Assembly: GCA_041736175.1 (NCBI GenBank)
Contig: JBGSUI010000069.1
Span: 18,923-82,922 of the forward strand
Length of the DNA stretch: 64,000 nucleotides
Direction of reading: 5' to 3'
Source: Oligoflexales bacterium
GTDB taxonomy: Bacteria > Bdellovibrionota_B > Oligoflexia > Oligoflexales > CAIYRB01
Positions 10,552-21,042 of this stretch are shown one piece after another. A program made the translations under genes and the position numbers. The notes below the pieces were generated by a model. The model was given only the letters and a program-made list of their open reading frames with translations, was not told where the DNA came from and made no database searches. The stretch's first letter is position 1, and every line of letters starts with the position of its first letter.

Positions 10552-11028
10552 TCATCCTAATTCTTCGGCAACAGTCCTAATGGCCCTCCGGATATCCATG
10601 TAGGTACCACACCGGCACAGGTAACTATCCATGGCGAGGTTGATTTGGTCCTCCGTAGGTTTGGGATTTAAGCTGAGGAGTTTTGTCGCGGCGATGATTT
10701 GGCCAGATTGGCAGTAGCCACACTGACCAACGCTCTTTTCGTTCCATACTTGTTGGACTTTTTTTGCGACCTGACCTAGGGCCGGGTCTTGGGCCAATCC
10801 TTCGATGGTCGTGATCTTTTTGCCAACCATAGACGAGGCCATAAGCTGGCAACTTCGGCTCGGCTCTCCATCGACCAACACTGTGCAGGAACCGCAGAGG
10901 GCCATACCACAGCCATATTTAGTGCCTGTAAATCCAATCGTGTCACGGATCACCCACAGGAGAGGTATCGACTCATCGGCATCTACAGGGTGATCGCGTC
11001 CATTGATCGTGAGTTTGAAAGTGGTCAT
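10552..11028 (-). CDS. iorA: (2Fe-2S)-binding subunit (isoquinoline 1-oxidoreductase alpha type)
   Basis: GTKYGCG..LCGSC, QCGYCQSG, CRCGTY. Confidence 0.92.
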   Translation of the reverse strand: MTTFKLTINGRDHPVDADESIPLLWVIRDTIGFTGTKYGCGMALCGSCTVLVDGEPSRSCQLMASSMVGKKITTIEGLAQDPALGQVAKKVQQVWNEKSVGQCGYCQSGQIIAATKLLSLNPKPTEDQINLAMDSYLCRCGTYMDIRRAIRTVAEELG

Positions 11029-11257
11029 GGGTCTTGCTCCTGTGTGATAGCCAAGAATCCTTAATTTGTGTCACGTATACTGTCTATGATGTTGCCAGTT
11101 TCTAGAAGAGTTGACCAGTCTTTTTAAAATCTATGACCTACTGTATTCCTTAGATATTTGTCTTTTTATTCAAATATCACTCAGCCTCAATGACCTATGG
11201 CCGATGAGACGGCATCTGGACTGATAGGCAGTCCAAAATGTCACGAAGGAGTTTTAA

Positions 11258-12130
11258 ATGCGGGTTCTTAAAATGAAACATTTTGTTTTATCATCAATTT
11301 TGTTTGCTGGTTGTGCAGCCCTTGGGCCAAAGCCAAGTGTCTCTCTTGTAAAGGAAGAAATTTCTAGTCATAAAAAAGTAGCCAATATCGTGGTCACCAA
11401 TGTTACTGGGATCGATTCCACGGGCAACACCGGCAAAGCTCTTTTGGCATCAGCTCTGGCAGCTTACGGCAAAAGGTCGCGTCCTGTAGCGGCATTAGCT
11501 CCAGTGATCCAAAAGATCCCTGGTTTACCCGCGGGGTTTGATGAAGTGCTACTTTCCGGATACCAGATAGAATTTGTGAAGGCTATCGAAGCTTTTAAAA
11601 AAGACGGTAAACAACCAGTGAGTCTTAAACTTTCCCCCTCCGGCGGCCTAAAGCTCACCGGGATTAAAGATCTTGCCTCCCTCGCCAAGGGCCTCGGTGG
11701 CGAGGTCGCAGCGATCTCGGAACTTGCAACCACCCTCAAAGCCGGAGATGCCGCAAAAATGGTGGCCGCAGCTGACAAAGCAAAAAACATATTACCTCTT
11801 ATCCAGACCGGTGCCGGCGCGATCATGGCTGAATTAAACGCTGACTACGTGCTCTTGACCCATGTTCAAGGGGACGAGCAGGCTTGGGAAGGTAAAAAAG
11901 AGGTGCAGTTTTTTGCGAGTCTCGTCAATATTAAGACCGGAAAAATGCGCTATTTCGGATCGATTAAAGCAGTCAAAGGGGCCATTCCAGTCCCCTATAT
12001 GGCGCAATTGGGTACAATGTCATCGTCGCTCTTTGACTCTGTTGGTGAAGGCGACCCACTGCCCGAGCTGAGCGCTGCTGAAGAGTCTGGGAATGCCGAA
12101 CCCGGTCGCGTTTCCCAACTCAGCAAGTAA
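11258..12130 (+). CDS. Lipoprotein, possible CsgG/LpoB-like fold
   Basis: AAGGAG SD, lipobox FAGC, C-terminal ADYVL...ASLVNIKTGK pattern. Confidence 0.7.
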   Translation: MRVLKMKHFVLSSILFAGCAALGPKPSVSLVKEEISSHKKVANIVVTNVTGIDSTGNTGKALLASALAAYGKRSRPVAALAPVIQKIPGLPAGFDEVLLSGYQIEFVKAIEAFKKDGKQPVSLKLSPSGGLKLTGIKDLASLAKGLGGEVAAISELATTLKAGDAAKMVAAADKAKNILPLIQTGAGAIMAELNADYVLLTHVQGDEQAWEGKKEVQFFASLVNIKTGKMRYFGSIKAVKGAIPVPYMAQLGTMSSSLFDSVGEGDPLPELSAAEESGNAEPGRVSQLSK

Positions 12131-12579
12131 AGAGCGGACTGCTGTGATCAAGACTTGTTCTTGGGGCCTTTTGAATCGTCTAGCCCGACTTCAGTGGGCC
12201 GCGAAAAAATGACCGGTGCTTGCAACTTTGATAACTGCACATAAATACCGTCCATTATATTACGATAAAAGTTGAGAAAAAATCCTGGGAGGTTGCCTTT
12301 GGGGGGTTAAGCCTCTGAGCATGAGGCCGATGGGCTTTACAGATAGGGGTGGTTATGGGGGTGAGGGGGCGCCATACGCGCACAAAAGGTTTGGCGTCAA
12401 GCCAGAGAAGAAAAGAGCAAACTCCCAAGATGTTTCTAAATCTAGGTTAATGAGATTGGCTGGCCGGTTAAAATCATTTCTTAGCAAAATAAATTTTTCA
12501 TAAAAATCTTTGGGTTATCGATTGTTGACCGAGGCACTCTGGTCTTGAGAAATAGATTTTGAATAAAAACCTAGTTATT

Positions 12580-13989
12580 TTATGGGGTTGGTTTCTTCGG
12601 GGTTTTTTTTAGGTCCACAATGGGGCTCAGATTAAAAGGCGGATCCCATAAATCTCGATGATTTAAGATCCACTGGATTCCACTCTCCTGAGTGGTCCAG
12701 AGATCCTGGTACCAAGCATGGCGGGCCTTTTGGAGGATAAAACCTATAGGTCCTCCGGCATCCATTCCCAAAGAAATCTGGATATCGGTCCCGTTTAAGG
12801 GGAATTTTCCCAGGACCTTATGGTTGTAGCGCTCGATAAGCTGCTGCGCTTGGTCTAGGTAAGATTCTTGTGGGTCGATGGATTCGGACAGAGCCAGAGT
12901 CGCCCGCAAGATCGGTTGGTAGAATGTCAAAAAACCAGGGTTAGACAGGACCCAGGTCCGGAGGTCGTCCAGGCGAAAGCCAAGGGTCCCATCCGAGAGT
13001 TTTGAGAATTCCTCAAGACCTCGGGAGATGGTGAGGGCTTGGCGCAAGATTTTTTTATCTCGGTTTTTTATTTTAAAGCGGGCGCCCCATTTCCAGAGAT
13101 CAAGATCCCCAGTATTTGGATGAGCCTCTGCGCGAGCCTCTTTAAGCGAGCTAAGAAGCAGCCACGTCACGATGGCCAAAGGTTTATCAGGGGTCGCTCC
13201 CGATAAGAGCTTGCCGATGGAACTCTGGTAACGCTCTGGGATGGTGTGCTGGTTGGTTGCAAGGAAATCCGCAAAGGAGCTGAGTCCAAGGTTTAGCTGA
13301 GGATCAACCTGTTCCATGGTCTTGCTGCTGACCAGGGACGGGACGGTGTCCACAAAAAAATCCCCACGGAAGATCTGCCACACCTCCGCTGTGATCCGCT
13401 CTTGGCTGATTTTTTTGAGGCCCGGGGTCAAGGGCGTTAAAGCTTCTAGGGTTCCCGGAGCAGGAGAAAATCCTAATCTCGACCAAAAGCGAAAAAACCT
13501 GAGAATCCTCAAGGTGTCTTCCTTGATGCGCTCGGCGGGGTCTCCCACAAATCTTAAGATTTTTTGTTTAAGATCTCTGATGCCGTTAACATAATCATAA
13601 ACCTTGCCGTGTTGGTCCTCAAAAAGACCATTGATGGTGAAGTCTCTGCGAAGGCTATCCTCCTCAAATCCCGCCCCAAAGGCGACCACAGCCCGTCGCC
13701 CGTCCGTCGCTACATCCTTACGAAGGGTTGTGATCTCGATAGCGGTTGAAGGGGCCAGGACCGTCACCGTCCCATGGGCAATCCCTGTGGGGATCACCTT
13801 ATGGGAGCGACTTTTCATGGCATCTAAGACTTGATCGGGTGTGGCTGAAGTTACGATGTCGTAGTCCGTAGGCACCACTCCCATCAACCGATCACGAACA
13901 CATCCCCCCGCCAATCGGGCCTCAAAACCGCTGGCCTCCAGCTCGCGCAGGATCTGCAAGGCGTCGCGGTAGCGGGTGTCGTGGTCCAT
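12580..13989 (-). CDS. cca: CCA tRNA nucleotidyltransferase (class II)
   Basis: GGCVRD, DYD, TGIAHGT, EITTLR, DGRR loop, RRDFTIN, EDTLRILR, ERITAE; the PcnB-type GRRF signature is absent. Confidence 0.88.
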   Translation of the reverse strand: MDHDTRYRDALQILRELEASGFEARLAGGCVRDRLMGVVPTDYDIVTSATPDQVLDAMKSRSHKVIPTGIAHGTVTVLAPSTAIEITTLRKDVATDGRRAVVAFGAGFEEDSLRRDFTINGLFEDQHGKVYDYVNGIRDLKQKILRFVGDPAERIKEDTLRILRFFRFWSRLGFSPAPGTLEALTPLTPGLKKISQERITAEVWQIFRGDFFVDTVPSLVSSKTMEQVDPQLNLGLSSFADFLATNQHTIPERYQSSIGKLLSGATPDKPLAIVTWLLLSSLKEARAEAHPNTGDLDLWKWGARFKIKNRDKKILRQALTISRGLEEFSKLSDGTLGFRLDDLRTWVLSNPGFLTFYQPILRATLALSESIDPQESYLDQAQQLIERYNHKVLGKFPLNGTDIQISLGMDAGGPIGFILQKARHAWYQDLWTTQESGIQWILNHRDLWDPPFNLSPIVDLKKTPKKPTP

Positions 13990-14029
13990 CAGTTAGAGCC
14001 TCTAGGAATAAATAACTGGAAGCACTGAG

Positions 14030-15724
14030 TCACGACCTCTTGAGCTGCTGGTAGCGAATCCGCTTGGGAGTATCAGCATCTTTGCCCAGGCGTTCCCGAC
14101 GATTTTTTTCGTAGTCAGAGTAACCACCCTCAAAGAAGTAGATTTTAGAATCTCCTTCAAATGCCAAAATATGGGTGGCGATCCGGTCCAAAAACCAGCG
14201 ATCATGGCTGATCACCACGGCGCATCCAGGAAAGTCCATCAAGGCATCTTCGAGAGACCTTAGGGTGTTGATGTCTAGGTCGTTGGTAGGTTCGTCAAGG
14301 AGGAGGAGATTGGCTTCTTCCTTTAGGAGGAGAGCGAGCTGGATACGATTGCGCTCCCCTCCTGATAGGTCGGCCACGCTTTTTTGTTGGTCAGGTCCCG
14401 TAAAGTTAAACCGACCCGCATAGGATCTAGCATTGACCTCCCGCTTGCCGAGCTTAATCATCTCTTGGCCTCCGGAGAGGACATCATAAACACTTTTTGA
14501 TGGATCCAGGTTAAGGCGCGACTGTTCCATATAACCTAAACGGACGGTCTCCCCGATGGTGATCTTTCCTTGGTCTGGTTGGTCCTGTTTCGAGATAAGG
14601 CGGAAGAGGGTTGTTTTTCCAGCGCCGTTTGGACCAATAATCCCGACAATACCGCCTCGAGGGAGTTCAAAGGAGAGGTTTTCATAGAGGAGCTTGTCGC
14701 CAAAGGCTTTCGCTACGTTTTCAAACCGGATCACAATATCCCCGAGTCTTGGTCCAGGGGGGATCACAATCCGCACATCGTCTTGGACCTTTTCCGATTC
14801 CTGGTTTAGGAGAGATTCGTAAGCTCCCACCCGAGCCTTGCTTTTGGCTTGGCGTGCCTTGGGAGACATCCGTATCCATTCCAACTCCCGTTGGAGGGTT
14901 TTTCGCCGCTTGTCCTCGGATTTTTCTTCGGCAGCAAGGCGCTTTTCTTTCTGTTCTAACCAGGACGAGTAGTTGCCTTTCCAGGGGATTCCATGGCCGC
15001 GGTCCAACTCCAGAATCCACCCCGCGACGTTATCCAAAAAATACCGGTCATGGGTGACGGCGATGACCGTGCCCTTGTAGTTTTGCAAGTGGCGTTCGAG
15101 CCAGCTAACGCTGTCGGCGTCCAAGTGGTTGGTTGGTTCGTCAAGGAGCAAAATATCTGGTTCCTGTAGCAGCAAGCGGCAAAGGGCTACGCGCCGCCTT
15201 TCTCCCCCTGAGAGCTCCTGAATCGGCTGGTCTGCTGGAGGGCACCGGAGGGCTTCCATGGCAAAGTTTAGTTTGTCGTCGAGATTCCATGCGTCGGAGC
15301 TGTCGAGCTTGTCTTGGATTTCAGCCTGGAGGGTGATGAGTTTGTCCATCTCGGCGGGAACTAAGTCTTCGGATCCAAGTTTGGTGTTGATCTCTTCGAA
15401 TTTGGACAAAAGTCCGACGGTTTCGGCGCAGGCTTCCTGCACCACTTCTTTGACTGTTTTTTGAGGATCAAGCACCGGCTCCTGGGCCAGATAGCCTACG
15501 GAATAGCCACCGGTAAGGTGGGCTTCGCCGATAAACTCATGATCCACACCAGCCATGATTTTCAAGAGCGTCGATTTCCCTGATCCGTTGAGACCGAGGA
15601 CTCCAATTTTGGCTCCGTAGAAATAAGACAGAGAGATATCTCTTAACACCTGTTTGCCGGTGGACTTATATGTTTTACCGACTTTGACCATGGAGTAGAT
15701 GATTTTGTTGGGATCGCCGCTCAT
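14030..15724 (-). CDS. ettA: Energy-dependent translational throttle ABC-F ATPase
   Basis: ISLSYFYGAKIGVLGLNGSGKST, two ABC cassettes, ELDRG.GIPWKGNYSSWLEQK, ELEWIR..PKARQAKSKAR. Confidence 0.97.
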   Translation of the reverse strand: MSGDPNKIIYSMVKVGKTYKSTGKQVLRDISLSYFYGAKIGVLGLNGSGKSTLLKIMAGVDHEFIGEAHLTGGYSVGYLAQEPVLDPQKTVKEVVQEACAETVGLLSKFEEINTKLGSEDLVPAEMDKLITLQAEIQDKLDSSDAWNLDDKLNFAMEALRCPPADQPIQELSGGERRRVALCRLLLQEPDILLLDEPTNHLDADSVSWLERHLQNYKGTVIAVTHDRYFLDNVAGWILELDRGHGIPWKGNYSSWLEQKEKRLAAEEKSEDKRRKTLQRELEWIRMSPKARQAKSKARVGAYESLLNQESEKVQDDVRIVIPPGPRLGDIVIRFENVAKAFGDKLLYENLSFELPRGGIVGIIGPNGAGKTTLFRLISKQDQPDQGKITIGETVRLGYMEQSRLNLDPSKSVYDVLSGGQEMIKLGKREVNARSYAGRFNFTGPDQQKSVADLSGGERNRIQLALLLKEEANLLLLDEPTNDLDINTLRSLEDALMDFPGCAVVISHDRWFLDRIATHILAFEGDSKIYFFEGGYSDYEKNRRERLGKDADTPKRIRYQQLKRS

Positions 15725-15771
15725 AACCGCATTTTCCTTCGTGCTGGATGTTCTTGGGAGGGACTTAAGGC

Positions 15772-16251
15772 CTATTTCTTTTTAAGGGAGAGAGTTAAGG
15801 TAAAAGTGGCGACTGGGTCTTGGCCAAACTTAGAGGGTACCAGGGCCTTGACGAGGACGGGTAGCTCGACTCTTTCGCCCGTTGCGACAGCTTGGGACAC
15901 AAGGTCTTTGATCGCCTGATTTTGTTGGCAGACGAAATGCACATCCCCTTCGGCCCTCTTATGAAAATCGGCTTTAAAATCTTTAAAAATAAGGGCGATT
16001 TTTTGTTTACTGGCCCGGATTTCTTCCATAGCTACAAATCCACCCGCAAGATCTGCGCCGATGGCAAGAGCCCCAAAGTACATGCTGCGCAGGTGGTTGC
16101 GACTGCGTCGGGTGAGCGGGATCACCACGGTAAAGGATTCTTCATCCCAGGAGTGGATCCTCGGCGTGACAAAAAAGAGCAGTGGTATATATTTAACGCC
16201 AAAATAGCTCAGGCGGACATTGGCCGCGATCAGTTTTTTATCTAGTCCCAT
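15772..16251 (-). CDS. DUF4442 / PaaI-like hotdog-fold thioesterase
   Basis: RNHLRSMYFGALAIGADLAGG, FKADFHKRAEGDVHF. Confidence 0.85.
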   Translation of the reverse strand: MGLDKKLIAANVRLSYFGVKYIPLLFFVTPRIHSWDEESFTVVIPLTRRSRNHLRSMYFGALAIGADLAGGFVAMEEIRASKQKIALIFKDFKADFHKRAEGDVHFVCQQNQAIKDLVSQAVATGERVELPVLVKALVPSKFGQDPVATFTLTLSLKKK

Positions 16252-16544
16252 CTGGTGAACTCCCCTACCGGTGCGTAACTAAGGAAAATGGAAAATGGAA
16301 AATTATTTCAGCCCAAAGTTTCACATTATATTGGGTAAAATGGGAATTCAACTGTTTTTTCCAAAAGTTTTAACGCCACTGCCTGACTCATCATGAGGGG
16401 ACTTGGTCAAATATGAGAAAGAAGGATAGACCCCATTGGTAAATTTCTTGCGGTCAAGTAAACTGATTAACATTAACTTTAGGTTGGTAAGCGGGTCATT
16501 GAGGATTCTTTAAATCCTATTCACTCCTAACGAAGAGCTAAAAT

Positions 16545-17849
16545 ATGTTAACGAAAGCGATTGTTTGTCTGTTTTTGGCCGCCCATACCCGTTCCTTTGC
16601 CCAAACATCGCCGGCTCCTTCGGCCTCAGCTCCAGCATCGACCCAACCTGCCCCCGCCGCCCAAGACGAGGTCAAGAAACTGCGGGAACAGCTCAAGACA
16701 GAAAAAGACGCCCGCAAAAAAGCGGAGCAAAAATCGGAGGATCTTCAACAAAATCTTAAGGACACTGCGGCAGAGTCCAAAGCAGCAGTCGAAAACGCTA
16801 AAAAAGACGCTCAAAATAAAATAAAAGAGGGTCTCAACCAATTTAAATACATCAATGTTTCTTTTGGAGTCTTGCCAAACGAAGACAAAGATATCAACAA
16901 CTATAGTCAGATTTCACTCAATTATTCGCCAGTTTTACAGAGCAGTCTGACTTACTACTCAAGGACCACGGCGCTTTTAAAAAAAGAGAATACCTCCACC
17001 ACCGACCCAGCCACCGCTGACACCCCAGAGATCACTCTGAACACAGAATCAGAGGAGTCATCTGCCACAAAGCGGACCGACTTTAACATTGACTTGCTTC
17101 GCTATGCCCCTGGTCAATTTAAATTCGGTAAAGCAAAGGTGCTGCTCAGCTTGGCAGTCGGCGCTATTTACTCGGACTCCAAAACGGAGACCAATATCTC
17201 CCAAAAAAATTCCCATATCGATCCAGCAACCAAGCGACCCAAAAACATCCCCGTAAGCGGAGCGAGGACCGAATCGGCCAAATCTCTGCTCCCCCAGATC
17301 GTCGGCGAATTTAAATACCAGGCACCCTGGGCCCTTGTGCGTCTTTCTGGTGGTGGGATTGTCCTAAGTCGAGACAAAAAAGAGTTTAAGCAAACGGGGG
17401 CCATCTTGTTTCCCTCCGAAGCACCCGACCCTAAAACCAATACACCCTATAAAGATTCTGTTTACAGTGAATACGAAATCAACTCGGGAAATGCCTTTAC
17501 GGCAAGTGGGTATAAACTTGGCGCCGAAGTCGAGTACCATTCCAACCAGTTTGGTGGATTCGGATTGCACTTTGACTATCTCGAAAAATTTGGTGACACC
17601 AAAGGATTTGACCCCAAAGTGAATATGGCAAAGGCCATGTTGGAACTCGAAGTTAAAGATGTCTACGAAGAACGCGCCACCATGCAGCTCTCGGTCTCCC
17701 ACTCCATGGATTATATCGGTCACCTAGGGGTGACACCCGTACTTCGCTTTAACAGCAATACGGACCGGCTGATCAAAACCCCTAAGGAGGGTCCACGGGT
17801 AGATACCAAAGCCAAGAGTTACGATTTTGGGGTGATTTTTAAGTATTAG
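16545..17849 (+). CDS. Predicted outer-membrane beta-barrel protein with N-terminal coiled coil
   Basis: Signal peptide, Pro/Ala linker, charged heptad stretch, amphipathic beta strands, C-terminal YDFGVIFKY beta-signal. Confidence 0.7.
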   Translation: MLTKAIVCLFLAAHTRSFAQTSPAPSASAPASTQPAPAAQDEVKKLREQLKTEKDARKKAEQKSEDLQQNLKDTAAESKAAVENAKKDAQNKIKEGLNQFKYINVSFGVLPNEDKDINNYSQISLNYSPVLQSSLTYYSRTTALLKKENTSTTDPATADTPEITLNTESEESSATKRTDFNIDLLRYAPGQFKFGKAKVLLSLAVGAIYSDSKTETNISQKNSHIDPATKRPKNIPVSGARTESAKSLLPQIVGEFKYQAPWALVRLSGGGIVLSRDKKEFKQTGAILFPSEAPDPKTNTPYKDSVYSEYEINSGNAFTASGYKLGAEVEYHSNQFGGFGLHFDYLEKFGDTKGFDPKVNMAKAMLELEVKDVYEERATMQLSVSHSMDYIGHLGVTPVLRFNSNTDRLIKTPKEGPRVDTKAKSYDFGVIFKY

Positions 17850-17933
17850 GAGCCCACCAAAAGATGGCACCATCAATACATTTATCCTAAAATTTAGAAC
17901 AAAGGAGATCCTTTTTTCCAAAATTTTGGTAAA

Positions 17934-19322
17934 ATGTATATGGTGTCGTGGCCCCGAACTGGAACAGACTGCATGTATATACCAAGAATGATTGAGAATA
18001 AAATTTCAACCCACTTTCTAACCTACGAAGGAGGGGCCAGCCACCCCGAAGTCGCAGTGGTCGAGGGGATTGTGGGGGTTGGTAAGACGACGACCATTGC
18101 CCAAATCCTCCAACAAAAGGGTTTTAAGGAAAGATTCACTGTTTTCCAATTTAATATGGATGAAACCGTAAATAGGATGAACGTCCGGGACGACAGTGCT
18201 TTTTTTTATAACTTTGTGAGGGCTAAAACCACGGCTCTCGAAAAAACACTGATATTTATCGACGAAGCACAAAAATCGGAAGAGATGTTTGAAGCTGTTA
18301 AAGTGGCTTGGGACAAGGGTATTCACTTTATCCTGACTGGTTCAAATCCACACTATATGAAAACAAAAGCTAAAAGTGCCTTGCAACGGAGGTCCCGCCA
18401 TTTTGACTTAAAGCCATTATCACTTCTCGAAATTCTCTCCCACCAGGGGTGCTTTGGCAAAGACTTTGATCTATCTAGCCATCAAGGTATTTTTCTTTCT
18501 TATGTCTATGGGGAAATTACGATTCAAGGCCTCAAAGATTACCTTTCGACCCTGCCGTTATCATTGAGCCAAGGTATTTTGAACTCGATAGAGCTCTATC
18601 TGTTAAGGGGCGGTATTCCGCTTAGCTATCTGTCAAAAACCAGGGCAGGGAGCTACGAATCTCTAAGGGCAGTGGTCGAGAGGGGGTTCGAGTTGATTGA
18701 AAAGGATAGTCAAAATATTTTTGATGATGTTACCTACGAGCTTTCACTCTTAAGCAGTCATGAATTCACTTACAAAAATATCCTTCGCAAACTTCGTTTA
18801 AAGAAGAGGGATGCTGTCAATACAGTCATAAACTATTTGATAGGACATGGTTATCTTACCGAAAAGAGACCCTATATTTCAGATCAAGGATTTGGGTCAT
18901 ATCATGTTGTTTATTCTATGATAGACCCAGGAATCGTAAGCTATTTTTGGCAAAAAGATATCTTGAGCAATGAAGAAAAGGGTGCTCTCATCGAAAGCTA
19001 CCTAGCAGCCCGATTAGAAAATATTTTTCTCAACGGCTTTAAAAAACACAAATTGAGTTACTATAAGCCATATAAAATGAGAATCGAAATGGGAGAGCAA
19101 AAACTTAGGTTTGAAGATGGAGAAATCGACTTTGTATTAAACTTTGGCCAGTCGGACCCCGTAGCTTGCGAGGCCAAATACGGCGAAAATATCACTATAT
19201 CTGATGTGCCTCTTCTTGCTAAAATGGCTCGCGATGGAACATTTGCACGCCCCATTGTTTTCTATAAAGGCGTCCCAAGGATTGAAAGCGGGATATTATT
19301 TTGGCCCTATTGGTTGATCTGA
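17934..19322 (+). CDS. AAA+ ATPase (AAA_14) with C-terminal DUF4143 PD-(D/E)xK-like domain
   Basis: Walker A GIVGVGKTT, Walker B IFIDEAQ, ILTGS, YLLRGGIP, DPG, EIDFV...EAK. Confidence 0.88.
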   Translation: MYMVSWPRTGTDCMYIPRMIENKISTHFLTYEGGASHPEVAVVEGIVGVGKTTTIAQILQQKGFKERFTVFQFNMDETVNRMNVRDDSAFFYNFVRAKTTALEKTLIFIDEAQKSEEMFEAVKVAWDKGIHFILTGSNPHYMKTKAKSALQRRSRHFDLKPLSLLEILSHQGCFGKDFDLSSHQGIFLSYVYGEITIQGLKDYLSTLPLSLSQGILNSIELYLLRGGIPLSYLSKTRAGSYESLRAVVERGFELIEKDSQNIFDDVTYELSLLSSHEFTYKNILRKLRLKKRDAVNTVINYLIGHGYLTEKRPYISDQGFGSYHVVYSMIDPGIVSYFWQKDILSNEEKGALIESYLAARLENIFLNGFKKHKLSYYKPYKMRIEMGEQKLRFEDGEIDFVLNFGQSDPVACEAKYGENITISDVPLLAKMARDGTFARPIVFYKGVPRIESGILFWPYWLI

Positions 19323-19380
19323 AAATGAGTCGCAGTCAGTAGTAGACGGATATGCCGCGCAATCAAAGTGTTAAAAACCC

Positions 19381-21024
19381 CTATTGTTTGGTCGCCAGCA
19401 CAGCAAGTGGATCGTAAACCATATCGGAAAGATCAAGTTTTTCTTCGATATCTAAAGTACATCCATAAGCTTTTGCTGGTTTAAGTCTTGGAAAAACCTC
19501 TTTTGGAAGCTTTAGCTGAAGGTTTTTACCGTTGGCAATACAGCTTGAGAAGGCTAAGTTTTCCCACTCGATCTTGGTGTCTTTAAGGTAAGGATAGGCA
19601 CCCATAGTCTCTAGCACCCGTGCGGACCTAATCCAAACGGTTTGCGCCCGGGGGAAGACTCGAGCGACGTGAGGAATATCGATTCCCTCGAGAGAACTGG
19701 AGTCAGGGATACAGGGTCCCCCCTGCTTATGGTCTTGGGACTCCATAACAAGATACCTTATGCCCCCAAGGGGCTCTAGCCGGGGAAGCACTATCTTTGC
19801 ATAGGCGGTCTGAAGGCGCAGCCTATTGATTCCGAAAAGATTTAATTCTTGTAAAAATTTATTCAATAAATCTATCATTTCGATCTGGCTTTTGCCATCA
19901 ATTTTTTCAGATTTCCACGTAAAAGGAGTCAACCTTGGCAAGGTATCATCGATAACACTAACAGAGTCTATATTAGGGAAAACCCGCTTCAAATATCCAG
20001 AACCAGCTTTAAACAGCCACGAAGTTGACACAATAACATGTCTTATCCTTTGACGGACGGTTAGCTTAAGGTTTTCTTCTAAGTCCTTATGAGGGATCCC
20101 ATCCACCTGCAGACCAACGATATTTGTTTTTGTATCAAACATCGCATTGAGATCATGGATAGATGGGGGAAAGCTTGCTGAAAACCCATATAATATCCGG
20201 AGATCTTCAAACAAATAAAAGTTATTAAACAGTGGAATTATAAAACTTCTATTTTCCCAATACCCATTAGAAACTTTAAGGCCACGAACCTGGGATGCCG
20301 TCATGCATGATATAGAATCAAAGGAATCGATGGTGCGATCCGGGCTAAGGAGTTCGTTTTCTTTTAAAAGTCTAAACACCGCGGTTTTGTATTCGTGAGT
20401 GGGGAACCTGATTTTTTTTATGCCTAAAGAAGAGCCAACGGACGTCGTGGTAATATCCACTCGTGTCTCCAATTGCTGATGCCATTTTTCTAGGACTGCC
20501 AAAAGTGGGATGGTTTCAGGATTATAATTTAGTAATTTGCGCCAGGAAACCCCCCTCAGGATGTTGGGTATGTTTGATAATCTCTTATCGTCATGCTGGG
20601 GGTCTTCAGGAATTTTTCCTGCAGCAGCGCTCTGTAAAGCAGCAAAAATGACTGCTGGACTTATGAATGATTTGTCAACAAAACAGGGTCTATCTGCCAT
20701 AGATGTCAGATCTCCCTTTTGGTTTGCCAAGATTTCAAGCAAAACGCTTTTGAGCAATTCAGGAAGCTCTCCCTGTACAGTCGGTAGTTTATACAAATCA
20801 CCACCGGTGTTTGGCGATGGATCGAAAACATTTTTTCGCACATAGGCTAATCCAGTAGCTCTTATTTTAAGGGCAAGGGGCGACATACTATCTGGATCTT
20901 CGCTCCCTAGAAGGCTTGATTCACTTTTTGTAGAAGGTTTGGTCTTGGTTACCTGTTGTATACATCCTGACAGTATGAGGATGAAACTGAAAAGAACCTT
21001 CTTATGTCTAAAGGGATAAATCAT
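19381..21024 (-). CDS. Hypothetical lipoprotein (C-terminal half possibly degenerate LRR-like)
   Basis: Lipobox LSGC, 547-aa AT-rich ORF. Confidence 0.7.
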   Translation of the reverse strand: MIYPFRHKKVLFSFILILSGCIQQVTKTKPSTKSESSLLGSEDPDSMSPLALKIRATGLAYVRKNVFDPSPNTGGDLYKLPTVQGELPELLKSVLLEILANQKGDLTSMADRPCFVDKSFISPAVIFAALQSAAAGKIPEDPQHDDKRLSNIPNILRGVSWRKLLNYNPETIPLLAVLEKWHQQLETRVDITTTSVGSSLGIKKIRFPTHEYKTAVFRLLKENELLSPDRTIDSFDSISCMTASQVRGLKVSNGYWENRSFIIPLFNNFYLFEDLRILYGFSASFPPSIHDLNAMFDTKTNIVGLQVDGIPHKDLEENLKLTVRQRIRHVIVSTSWLFKAGSGYLKRVFPNIDSVSVIDDTLPRLTPFTWKSEKIDGKSQIEMIDLLNKFLQELNLFGINRLRLQTAYAKIVLPRLEPLGGIRYLVMESQDHKQGGPCIPDSSSLEGIDIPHVARVFPRAQTVWIRSARVLETMGAYPYLKDTKIEWENLAFSSCIANGKNLQLKLPKEVFPRLKPAKAYGCTLDIEEKLDLSDMVYDPLAVLATKQ

Positions 21025-21042
21025 TGGTTAGTGGATTCCTTG

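Noticed and set aside
12321-12503. 60-aa intergenic ORF
   Set aside because: No clear SD or recognisable motif; cannot be supported.
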